From Sphyrna mokarran (taxonomy: Eukaryota), in assembly GCA_024679065.1 (NCBI GenBank), contig JAGIQG010000006.1, positions 87,296,001 to 87,360,000 on the forward strand: a stretch of 64,000 nucleotides of DNA. Reading direction: 5' to 3'. Positions 1-12,200 of this stretch are shown here, piece by piece. The notes below the pieces were generated by a model. It was not told the origin of the DNA. It worked only from the letters and a program-made list of their open reading frames with translations, and made no database searches. Positions within the stretch are counted from its first letter, which is position 1. The number at the start of each line of letters is the position of its first letter. The position numbers and the translations under genes were made by a program.

Positions 1-229
1 TTTATCGGGCGCCAGTGCGAATGAATACATCTACAACTAAACAAGCTAATTGAAATAACAAACAGTCAATGACCAATTAATCGTCGGGTAGGGTTAAAAA
101 AATCGATAAAAAAAGGATTCGTGTCATTTCGTTCAGGTCGATCAGAAAAGGGAAAGGGAATTACAATTTCTGTGTATTTGGCTGCCCAAGAACAGCAACA
201 GATTTTGGATTCCTACTTTAGCTCACGAC
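1..229 (+). promoter_or_regulatory. Putative promoter / 5' UTR, locally CpG-rich
   Basis: About 14 CpGs in the first 300 nt against strong CpG depletion in most of the window; CCAAT at 73-77; directly upstream of the signal-peptide ATG. Confidence 0.5.
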
Positions 230-296
230 ATGATTCCCTTTCGATTGATTGTATTATTGTTCGCATTATGTTCTCATTCACCCACCGCTGTAACGG
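230..296 (+). CDS. Exon 1, signal peptide [22 protein letters not shown](G)
   Basis: ATG at 230, basic residue then hydrophobic core, phase-1 donor G|GTGAGT at 297. Confidence 0.85.
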
Positions 297-3200
297 GTGA
301 GTAATCTGGCTACTTTTTTTTTAAAAAAGTAAGTAACTTGGGTGGACATACTGAACAAGTGAAAGTGCCAACATAATTAAGGCAAATAATTTTAGTACGT
401 GAACAAAGTGCACGTCTGATGATAAATCTTTTATTGACATGTTAAAAAGGTTTTAGCGCCATAGGATGCTTTGAATGAAATTTCGTGCTTGCATTATCTA
501 GAATAACTTGGTTAATGTATTAATGTTGTTGTTGTTTGATTCAGAAGTTACAATTTTCTAAACTTATAATGCCAGACAGGTGAATATAATTAAAGAAGGG
601 TGTAGATGAAATCTGCACAGATTTCGTTTTTACAGAAACTATGCACTTTGGAACCGGTCTTTATTTTTAAGATCGGGTCCATAAGATGTAGCTTAATCCT
701 TAATAAGCCTGTTCTGCTATTCAGTTGATCATGACTGATTCCTGTCTTGTCTCACAATATGGTCATTTTTGTTTTAAAATTTTAAAAAATAAACCTGCCT
801 TAACTACTATCTTAGTATTTGCTGTAAAAGTACTAAAACTTCTGCCCATTGTGTGTAGGACTGAAATTGGGAAATACTCCTATCAGATTCCCCAACTGGC
901 TACGTTAGCTTTTCTCTATCCACCCTATTAGTTCCTATTGAAAGCTTTAATCAAATCACCCTTTAACCATCTAGATTTGGAGACTACAGTTATAGCTTGC
1001 AGGATTTTAACCTTGGCATCTAGGTATCATTGTAGTAAAAACCATGAAGTATGCCTTCCAAGGCCAATACAGCCATCCTTGGGTTTACTGTGCTGAGTAT
1101 CCTGGTGTGGTCGAACCAGGGCCTTATATATTTGAATCATGGCTTTTCTTTCCTTGTATTCTAGTTCCAGTAGATATAAATATCAGCATTCCATTAGGCT
1201 TTTTGACTACTTATCTTTCTGCAACCCCAAGCCTCTTTAGGCCTCTGACTATTTCTGAAATTTCATCATTGGAAAATGGTGTCCTTTCCATCCTTTTAGC
1301 ACAAAATTAAAACATTTGCTTATTTTAAAAATCCACTTGTCAGAGTTTGCCCATTTATGTAATCAATCGATATCTCCACCGTGACAGTGAGAAATTCAGT
1401 ACACTCTGCACTTGCTCTGCCAAAAGCTGAGCTAAGGATGGTATTGGTTGAGGGAAGAAGAAATTTGGATTAACAAATAGCAATGGCACGTGTATCTTTG
1501 GTAATGATCATTGGAGCAGGTTCTAAACCCTGGTGATGCAATAGTTGGATGCCATTCCTTAATTGCTTTGTCACCTTGATTTCAAAATTTGCAATTGAGA
1601 ACCAAACAAGATGAAAAAATATAATTTCACTTTAGAAAGAAAAAATATGAATAGGCCTTGCATTTTCCTCTGAAGGCAATATAGAAGTAGTGCTGCAAAT
1701 AATCATGGCTGGACATCTTTTTCAGGTGCAAGCACTTGTCAAGCCAATGAAATACATTGTAGCTCTGGATTTTTTCAATGTATTCCTGTCTCTTGGAGAT
1801 GTGATGGAGCACAGGACTGTGATGATGGTAGCGATGAGGAGAACTGCGGTATGTAGCTGGAGGACCACTTGTTCATTCTAACTTAATGGTTCCCAAGACC
1901 TCAGTTGCAACATTTGGGATGATTTGTGACTAGTTTCCCTCTTAAACTTTTTGTTCATTTATTTTGTTCCATATGGCTTTGCAGCAAATGAGCAAAATCA
2001 GCCACAGCTTCCATTACAAGAATGGAGGACAGTGGAAATACTAGGGTCTCGGCGTTCATTCGGAGAAGATGTTAATGTTTTGAGTCCTTTGACTCTACGT
2101 CAGAACTGAAGGAGAACTTTTTTAAAGCTGTAGAAATTGCAAATAGTAACTTCAAAGACAAAAGCCAGGTGCCCTTATGGTGAGGTTTGGGGCAATATAT
2201 GTATGGGATACTTGAAAAAGAAAGGAGGGGGTGGTGTTTAAGTTGCAGGAACAAGGCCAAAATCTAAAGTTGAATTCATACAAGTCAAGTGTTGCAACAT
2301 GCCTAACTGTAAGATATGCTGCCCTTCCAGCTTTCACTGGGGCATTGCATTGACCAAGGATGAGCATGAGAGCAAGATGATTAGACTGTCATTTCTCTGT
2401 CCTTTTGGGATTCCTGTTATGGCATGTATATAGTGTTACTAGATAGTGGACTCCATTTCAAAAGGCAGGTGTCATTCTGACCTTGCATGTGAAGACTTGC
2501 TGCATGCCCAGTAATTGTTTAATCACCAGGCTACAGTCACTGGCCAAGTTTAGGAGGACTGTAAGGTGTTTGACCTTGAGTATCTTTTGAAGTATGGCCC
2601 ATAGTTTAAAGCATGTGAATTGATGTCCTTTTTCTTTCCTTTTAGGCACTGTGACTTGTAATTCATTAGAGTTTACTTGTGCCAGTGGTAGATGCATTTC
2701 CAAAAAATTTTTCTGCAATGGTGCAGATGACTGTGGTGATGGAAGTGATGAAAAGGACTGCAAGTCACGTATCTGTGGCCCTCATGAGTTTCAGTGCAAT
2801 AGTTCTGAATGTATCCCCATGAATTGGCTGTGTGATACTAATGCTGACTGTGCTGATAAGTCTGATGAATCTCCACACCAATGTGGGTATACACTTACAG
2901 TGACCTGTTCTCCTGGTGAGTTTTTATGTAATTCTGGTGAATGCATTCACGGTAACTGGCACTGTGACGGAGATAAAGACTGCCAAGATGGAAGTGATGA
3001 AGACGAATGCTGTAAGTGTATTATTCCTTCTAGTCAAGGATTTACAATGTTTTAATTGGGTTTTTGTCTCCCCTTCCTGATGGTCTAGCAGTGCTAAAAT
3101 TCTTTACTGTCTGGAACCAATAGACTGATCTTGAACTCCTGACATTTTGAATTCTAGAAATGTTAGTATTTGAATGCAATTGACCATGAATGGAGGAATA

Positions 3201-6200
3201 ACTAAGCCGGTGATAAATACAAATTACGTCTCGTGTCATTCCTAAATTAGTATTTGATGCAACTTGCCTCTTTAAAAATATAGTTGCTTTACCTGTCTGT
3301 TGTGGCTGAGTGGACAATTGAGTCAGGAAGTTGAGTTCAAGCCCCTTTCTGAGGGCACTCTACTGTCCTTTTTGGAAGGAATAACCATCAGATCTTTCTG
3401 ATGCCTTGGAAGGATATAAAAGATTCCATGGATGTATCTGGGTAACACACTGTCCCTGTGTCCTGTCACTGTTTATCTACATTCAACAATGGGTATAAAG
3501 TACTTGGACATCCTGAAATCACTATTTTGCCTGAGATTCATTTAAGGAAGAATGGTGCCCATGACATCTGAACTAATTTAATACTACACTACATTTTTGT
3601 TTCTAACCTCCAGGACACTTTGGAGAAAAGTCATTGCAACTCTTAAACTTATTTAAATGTTTTCAGCATTTCTTTCCTGTGATGTCTGACAGTCCAACAT
3701 TTCCAATTGCCAGATTAACAAATGGGTGGGACAGACTATTTAACAAAAATGTCTTCAACTAGGTAATGAGTCTTTCTTTCCAATTGACATAATGTCACAG
3801 GGATGGACATGTTGCCTGACATAACTAGAAACATTCAATGGCATTGCCATTGCCTAATCCCCCATTTTCAACGTCATGGGGGTTATTGACTCGGAACTGA
3901 ACTGTCCTAGTGTGTAAATACTGTAGTGATCAAAGAATAGGAATCCTGTGGCAAGTACTTTGCCACTTAATTCATCAAAACCTTTGCAATATCTACAAAG
4001 CACAAGTCAGGATTGAAGTGGAATACTCTGCTCTTGCCTGGATGGGTGCAACTCCAATAACACAAAGCTTAACACAATCCAAAACAAAGCAACCCTTTTA
4101 ATTGCTACCTTTTCCACAAATATTCATCAGCTGTCTGAGCATCTACACAATGCACTGCAGGAACTTGCCAAGACTCCCTTAGGAAGCATTTGACAAAGCT
4201 GCGATCACTACCATGTAGAAGGACAATAGTAGTAAATATCTGGGAACACTCCCTCCTGAGAGTTCCTTCTTCGTTACACATACCATCCTGACTTAGTGTG
4301 TTTCCTTCTTTGCCACTGGGTCAACATCCTGGAACTCTCCCCTAACAGCGCTATGGATGTACCTACATTGCAGCGATGCAAAAAGGCCACAATCTTTTGA
4401 GGACAACTAAGGATATAATAAATACTGGTCACAAATTAATGAAATAGTGGGGGAGAATCATGAGAAACCTTTAGGGATACATTTTAATTATGGTTTGTGA
4501 CAAATTTATATTAGAAATATTTTGGGATGATTTTTAACATGCTGAATGTTAAAAATAGTGCTAATCTGTTAGCTTACTACATGATTCCTGTTTCTTAATT
4601 GAACTTTTCTTTTCAGCAGCTACTCAAATATGCAAATTTGGTGACTTCAAATGTGGAGATAAATGTATTCCTGAAAGCAAGAGATGCAATGGCTTTGTTG
4701 ATTGTACTGATGGTAGTGATGAGCTCAACTGTAAGAGTAAGTACACACTAGAGTTTAAGAGCATTTTACTGAGCTCCTTTGTTCAAAACTCATTCAACTT
4801 TTCTTTCTACCAGCTCCAGCATGCACAGGGCCTTCTGATTTCCGATGCCAAACTGGAGAATGCATAAATATGAGTCAAGTGTGTGATCGGCGACAAGACT
4901 GCAAAGACTGGAGTGATGAGCCCCTAAAAGAATGTTGTATGTAGCTTTATAGTTCCTCTTCTTCCCCTCAATTCTGCAAACTGAAATAAGGCTGGCAGGC
5001 CTTTAGCCTTTATTAATTTTATTATCTTTAATAGTGAAAAGATTGAATTTTGCTAGTATTAAATGATTTTTTCTAAATAAACATTGTTCTTAGTCACTCC
5101 AAGTATTCCCCCTCCAATGCACCAAGTAATGTTATGATTTGTCCTTGTGCATCAATGTTTAGTTGAATCTAATTAATGTTTTTTTTATTAAATGATATTA
5201 GTTGAATGTGGGCAAATGTGAACTTCACTTGGAACAGAAAGGTTGGAGAATTGAACAAGGATGTGAGACTAGGACAGCAAATTGATGCTGGCCTTTATTG
5301 CAAGGGGAAGGGACTATTGGATTAGGATAGTCTTGCTATAATTGTGGCTTCTGGGGGCAAGGATTATAATTGCACTGAGCAGTTTGGAAAGTTCACCAAC
5401 TTGTTCCTGGAATGGAAGCTTTTCATGTTTGATAAATTGGTTTTATCTGCAGTGGTTTAAAAGAATGATTAATAAGACTTGGCTGGGCAGATACTTTTTC
5501 TCTATCAGGCTAGAAGAAAACTTCCCATCTCAAGATGGGACTCCTTTGAGCATCATTCATCTTTCTCCCTGTAGAGGTAGGGTCATCAAATATTTAAGGC
5601 TGTTTAAATTATTGACAGGAGTCAAAGTGGGTAGTGTTGAGGCTATGACCTGATCATCCATGATCTTATTAAATGGCAGAGCAGGCTTGAGAGGCTGAAA
5701 GAGCTAACCTTGTTGCTGATTTGTACATGTAGATATGTCAAAGTTTCTAATATTAGTAGATCATACACTGCAGCAAGAAGTGCTGGAGCCTGATTCATTA
5801 CCTTAAAGCAACCCAAAAGCCAAAAATTATCTCTTAGAACTGTGCCTTGGTCACCTGTTTGCCATAGCTAAAGTACTCCTCAACAAAACACCAAGTGATC
5901 CAGGGTGAATAGAGACAACAGCAACAAAGAACATCAGTGCTACCTTCTTTTGAGGTTGCACAAGTAAAGATGGTCTTGGATCTTTTGAAAAAGATTCTAC
6001 AGAGCTTAAAGTGTGGCAGGGCAGCAGAATATGATTTCATACCAGAATTTATGAAACACTTGGGGCCCTGAGAATTTTGTCTAGCTGACCTGGTTTTGTA
6101 CAATGGCTGTGAATGCCAAAACAATAACAAATGGTAGCACTCTGCTAGCTGTCAGTTGTGATCTTGACCAAATGAGAACAGTATTGTGTGACTAAGTGAA

Positions 6201-9200
6201 AAGGTTTGAGTGATTGGTAGCAACATCTTGGATTGGGCCTAAGTAGCTTGGCAATATACTTGTTTCTGGGCTTGACCTTGGCTCCAACTGTTTGGGGTGT
6301 AAAGGCCATAACATGGAAAAGAGCTCATACCTGTAGTTAATGACTGTCCAATCTTGCCTGTCAGTTCCACTATAAAATTCTTGGACGAATTCTCCTTCAG
6401 CAGATAGCCCTCAATCCTTCATTAGTCAAGCTGGTTTTTGCTAGCACTATAGCATGGAACAGGTATGTTGAAATCAGCTTTCAAAAAAAACTCAGGCAGA
6501 TGTTGTTTGTGAACCTTGCAGCAGCCTATAACACCCTATGGTGTGCAGCTACTTGGGCAAACAACATTGGAGTACTGTTGAACAGAAGTTCAGAGTTCAC
6601 TTTAGCCATAAAGGCAAACCAAGGCTGTGGTGCTCCAACCTTGTTCAACTTGCACACCAATGATCTTCCAGAAACTATCTCCCAAATTTCAATATGCCAA
6701 CAACATAGTTCTCAACTGAACCTCTGACTGGATCTTAAATGAGGACTTGTCAATATTTGAACAATACTGCAACACACTTACTCAAAGTAAACTCTCCATT
6801 TTCACAAGGCAAAAGGCAATGCTGCTCAACATTTAAATGGCTGCAAGTTAATGTGATTCTAGATAGGTGTTCCTGGAAGATTAGTGTCCTAAACAGTTGC
6901 AGCCATGATCAACTACTCTGGGGTATTGTGATCACCACTCCAAACCTCAGCACTTAAACTCCATGGTTAGTAGTAAAATACTGTGCCCTTTTTGGTCAAA
7001 ATCATCTCACAATTAACACATCAAGCTAAATGCTGCCATGCATATCGTTACAAGAACACCCATATGGAGGGGGGGGGGTGGGTGGTGGGAAGAGCCATCT
7101 CTAAACATGATTTTAGTGTATAGTCCATCTCAATAAATGAATTGAATATGATGACCAAGTACTTTGGTCTTAAACTCATTTCAACCTGACAAGGAAAATG
7201 TGGTCTGTTCTCAGATTCAGGAACAGCCACAGACCCTCCTTGGTGAACCCCCCAGAGGAAGCATTACAGCTAGCCTCTTCTAAGGGAGGGAGCAAGCTAC
7301 GCACCACCACCAGTGTCTAACCTACAGATTCCAAAGAGGCCTATCCAAACTTAATACAGTAGGACTGGAAGAAACTGTTTGCTTGAGGAATTTGCATTCA
7401 CTAAACAAACTAATTGATTTATACTGTTAATTTTACACTGCTTATGGCAGAATTACATTTAATAGCCTTTGATTCTTCAAATAGGAAAGAACATTCTGAT
7501 TTTGTTTTGCAGATATAAATGAGTGCCTGGTGAACAATGGTGGTTGTTCTCATATCTGCAGGGATCTTGCCATTGGTTATGAATGTGATTGTCCACCTGG
7601 CTTTGAACTGGTGGGCAAGAAATCCTGTGCAGGCAAGTTCAATTCCATTAACTTTCTCATTGATCCAGATCATGAATTTGAAAGGATGTTTCTTCTTTGC
7701 AGATATTGATGAATGTCAAAATCCAGAAACCTGTAGTCAAATTTGCATCAATTTAAATGGAGGTTATCAATGCAACTGTCATAAAGGATATCACATTGAT
7801 CCGATCAATGGGGGTTGCAAGGCTGTTGGCAAGTACAATATTTGAAAATATTCCATTAAGTCTGCTGTGAAACAATGTTATGCAACAATATGCAGGTATT
7901 TAACAGCAAAATAAATTTTGTGCTTAAGAACTGAAGGTAAATAGCTATACCCTAAACTGTAATACAAAGCTGAAGTAGATGTTTGCATCTCTACCAACAT
8001 GACAAGGCTGGGTTAAGTATCATTACCTATGTAAAATCATCTGGGTTGACACTGGAAAGGAGTGTTTTCAGTCCACTGTTTGAACTGCATTTGTTGCTCT
8101 TAGAACAATACAGCACAGAACAGGCCCTTCGGCCTTCGATGTTGTGCCGACCAAAATAAAAAGCAATGCCCCTCCTAACTAAACCATTCCCTTCTCATCC
8201 ATATACTTATCCACTAACCTCTTAAACGCCACCAAACTTGGCTCATCTACAACAGCTGCAGGCAGGGCATTCCACTCCCTAATCACTCTTTGAGTAAGAA
8301 CCTACCTCTGATATCCGTCCTATAACTCATACCCCTTAATTTAAAGCTGTGTCCCCTCGTGCTAGCTTTCTCCATCCTAGGAAAATGGCTATCACTGTCC
8401 ACCCTATCTAAACCTCTAATCATCTTATATGCTTCAATAAGATCCCCTCTTAGCCGCCTCCTTTCTAACGAAAACAACCTCAAATCCTTCAACCTCTCTT
8501 CCTAGGACCTGCCCTCCATACCAGGCAACATCCTAGTACACCTCCTCTGTACCCTCTCCAATGCCTCCACATCTTTCTTATAATGTGGGGACCAGAACTG
8601 CACACAATACTCCAAGTGCGGACGCACTAGAGTTTTGTACAGTTGCAACATGATGCTGCGGCTCCTAAATTCAATCCCCCTACCAATAAAAGCTAAGACT
8701 CCATATGCCTTCTTAACAACTTTATCCATTGACTGCCTACTTTCAGTGATCTATTGACACATACACCAAGATCCTTCTGTTCCTCAACACTATTAAGAGC
8801 CCTACCATTAGCCCTATACTCTACACATTTATTGTTCCTGCCAAAGTGCATTACCTCACACTGTTCCACATTAAACTCCATTTGCCACCTCTCGGCCCAG
8901 CTCTGCAACTTGTCCAAGGCACTCTGTAAACTAAAACACCCCTCTTCACTATCTACCACACCACCAACTTTAGTATCATCTGCAAATTTACTGATCCATC
9001 CCTCAATACCCTCATCCAGATCATTTCTAAAAATTACAAACAGCAGGGGCCCCAAAACAGACCCCTGAGGCACACCACTCGTCACCGAACTCCACGATGA
9101 ATATCTCCCATCAACCACCACCCTCTGTCTTCTATCTGCCAGCCAATTCCTAATCCAATTAGCTAAATCACCCTCTATTCCACACATCTGCACTTTCTGT

Positions 9201-12200
9201 AGAAGTCTTCCATGGGCCACCTTATCAAACGCCTTACTAAAGTCCATATATACTACATCAACCGCCTTACCCCCATCCATCTCTCTGGTCATTTTCTCAA
9301 AAAACTCAATGAGGTTAGTAAGGCATGAACTACCCTTCACGAAACCATGCTGACTATCCCCAATCAATTCATTTCTCTCTAAATAACTATAAATCCTATC
9401 CCTAATAATTCTCTCCAATACCTTGCCCACAACAGAAGTAAGACTCACTGGCCTATAATTCCCTGGAAGGTCTCTCTTCCCCTTCTTAACCAATGGGACC
9501 ACATTCGCTATCCTCCAGTCCTCCGGAACCACACCCGTAACCAACGACGACCTGAAGATCAGAGCCAGAGCTCTGCAATCGCCTCTCTTGCCTCCCAGAG
9601 AATCCTAGGGTAAATCCCGTCCGGCCCAGGGGACTTATCCAACTTCAAACCCTCGAGAATTTCGAACACATCCTCCCTATCTACTACAATACTCCCCAAT
9701 TTGCAACCCTGTACCTCAGTGCTCTCCACAGCTACATTTCCAGCACTCTGCGTGAATACCGAAGAGAAATATTTATTCAGTGCCTCACCAATCTCTTCAA
9801 GCTCCACGCACAACTTCCCACTGCTGTCTATGACTGGCCCTAATCTTGCCCTAACCAATCTTCTATTCTTAACATATCGAAAGAAAGCTTTAGGATTCGC
9901 CTTAATCCTATCAGCCAACATCTTCTCGTGTCCCCTCTTAGCTCTCCTCAATTCACTTTTTACCTCCTTCCTAGCTAATCTATAGCTATCCATTGCACTC
10001 CCTGAGCCTTCAAGCCTCATCCTGACATAAGCCTCCTTTTTCTTCTTAACCAGCACATCAACTCTTTTCGTACACCAAGGCTCTCTTACTCGTCCATTTC
10101 CTCCCTGCCTGACAGGGACATACTTATCAAGGACTCTCAGCAGCTGCTCCTTGAATAAGCACCACATTCCAGATGTTCCCAGTCCATGTAGTTCCCTAGT
10201 CCAATCTACGCACCCTAATTCTCTCCTGATGGCCTCATAATTACCCTTCCCCCAGCTATAACTACAGCCCCCAGCTTCATGCCTATCCCTGTCTAGTGAT
10301 GGGCTACCTAGGTTGATTGGGGCTGCATGAGTGGCTCTCCTTCATCTCTGGGCTGCAAGCTGACTTGGTCACTAATTATGATGACTCCAAGAATATGATT
10401 GATTACATTTGATATGTATCAACTCCAAATGGCTAAATAATTGTGCACAATGCAGAGGAACTCTACACCTATAGAGTAATCAGCATGCATCTTACTTCAC
10501 TTGCCTTTGCTTTATGTATCAATTCAGTCATACCAGCAGGGGAAAGAACTGGGTGGTCAGAATAGGACAGCCTGGTACCTGGGACAGTGGCCAACATCAT
10601 GGGCCATATTCAGAACCCAGATGAGTTTTGTGGGGGTGGGTGTACAAAGGTTAGAATATTCAATGTCTTGCAGAAAACCTGTTTATTATTGCCATACCTA
10701 ATAAACTATTGGAGACAAATCATCAACCTCAATTGTTTTGTAAGTTTGCTGCCCTCAGAGGGGTATTTTGAGAAAGGGGACATTCCACAAGGGATCTTAT
10801 TCTCAGCAGGCATGATTGGCCAGATGGTTATCTTCTGTACTGTATGATTGCAAGGAAATCATTGTTCATGTGTTGGTTTTCCTCCTACAGGAGAAGAGCC
10901 CTGTTTAATTTTCACTAATCGTCATGACATCAGGAAAATTGGATTGCATCACATGGAATACACTCAGATAATTGATCAGCTGAGAAATGCTATAGCACTT
11001 GATGCTGACATTGCAGCGCAGAAAATCTTCTGGGCTGACCTGGGACATCATGCAATTTTTAGGTAAGATTTCTGAAATTCCATTATGTAACTGAGAATTT
11101 TCAGTTCAAGATCTGTCTTTCTACATTGAGACACATGAATAAATGCTGATCAACTAACACTGGCTTTGCCTCTCCTGAATTGAATTCTTCTAGATTGTGG
11201 CCCTGCCTGGATATAGAACTCAGTAAGAAGTCTCAACAGATGAGTCAAACTGGTTTAATTGGTAGCAAAAAGCACTTGCTGCCAAATAAAACTGTTGGAC
11301 TTTAACCTGGTGTTGAAAGACTTCTTACTGTGTTTACCCCAGTCCAATGTCAGCATCTGTCATGGTTGTAGAACTTCCAGGAATTGGTATTCTAATTGAA
11401 CTAGAAAAAGTTCAGTCACACGTAGACTTGGATTAATCCTACAATGAAGTTACTGAAAATCCTAGTAGCCATGCTCCAGCACCTAATTGGGGTATACTGA
11501 AGGAGAATTTAGCATGGCCAATGCATCTATCCAAGCCCTTCTGAGGAAGTGGGTGGTAGAGAAAGAAAGCACCTGTTGGAAGCCCATGCAGATTCTGACC
11601 CAAGATAGGAATGGGATCTGCAGTGCTGCCAACTGGCCACTGTGTGCCTGATTTGTTACTCAAGTAGTCCTGAGGTGGCTTGACTCTAGCCCAGGTTAAA
11701 AGCCTGCCACTCTTCCAACCTGATTTTGGATGGGAGAATGTCTTTTTGCTCAAAGACATGGTATAAAGTAAAATTTATATGGTAATTGATTTATGGTGCA
11801 ACATTAAGATCTGAGATTGATAGAGCCCAAGAAGCAATTCATTCAGCCACCATTCAATATGCAGAAGGTGATAGTGATTCAAAGAATGAGGTCTCCATTT
11901 TTTAACTTGGAAGTGAAAATAGACTGAAGGCTTTAAAGCTTGTAGAGTCACAAACTGAAATCATTAACTTCTTTTGAACTAGATGCAGGGCAAATTAATT
12001 TAAAATTGCTCCTGTGATGAAAATGCCAAGTGCAATACAACGAGAATTAGAATTTGAATTTCTTAAATTAAGGTTTAAGAACTGATGCATGGAGAATCTT
12101 GATGCTATTTGCTCCAGAGCTTCCTTTGCAAACTGTAAATGAGTCCAAAACCATGTGACTGAATTGTCAAAAGCCTTGTTTAAAGTTTATTTTCATCATG

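Noticed and set aside
297-1725. Hidden LA1 or LA2 exon in intron 1
   Set aside because: No Cys-spaced or DGSDE-like relic visible by eye; part of the interval is decayed CR1.
7066-7090. G-rich run with G-quadruplex potential
   Set aside because: Isolated homopolymer expansion within a decayed retroelement; no supporting context.
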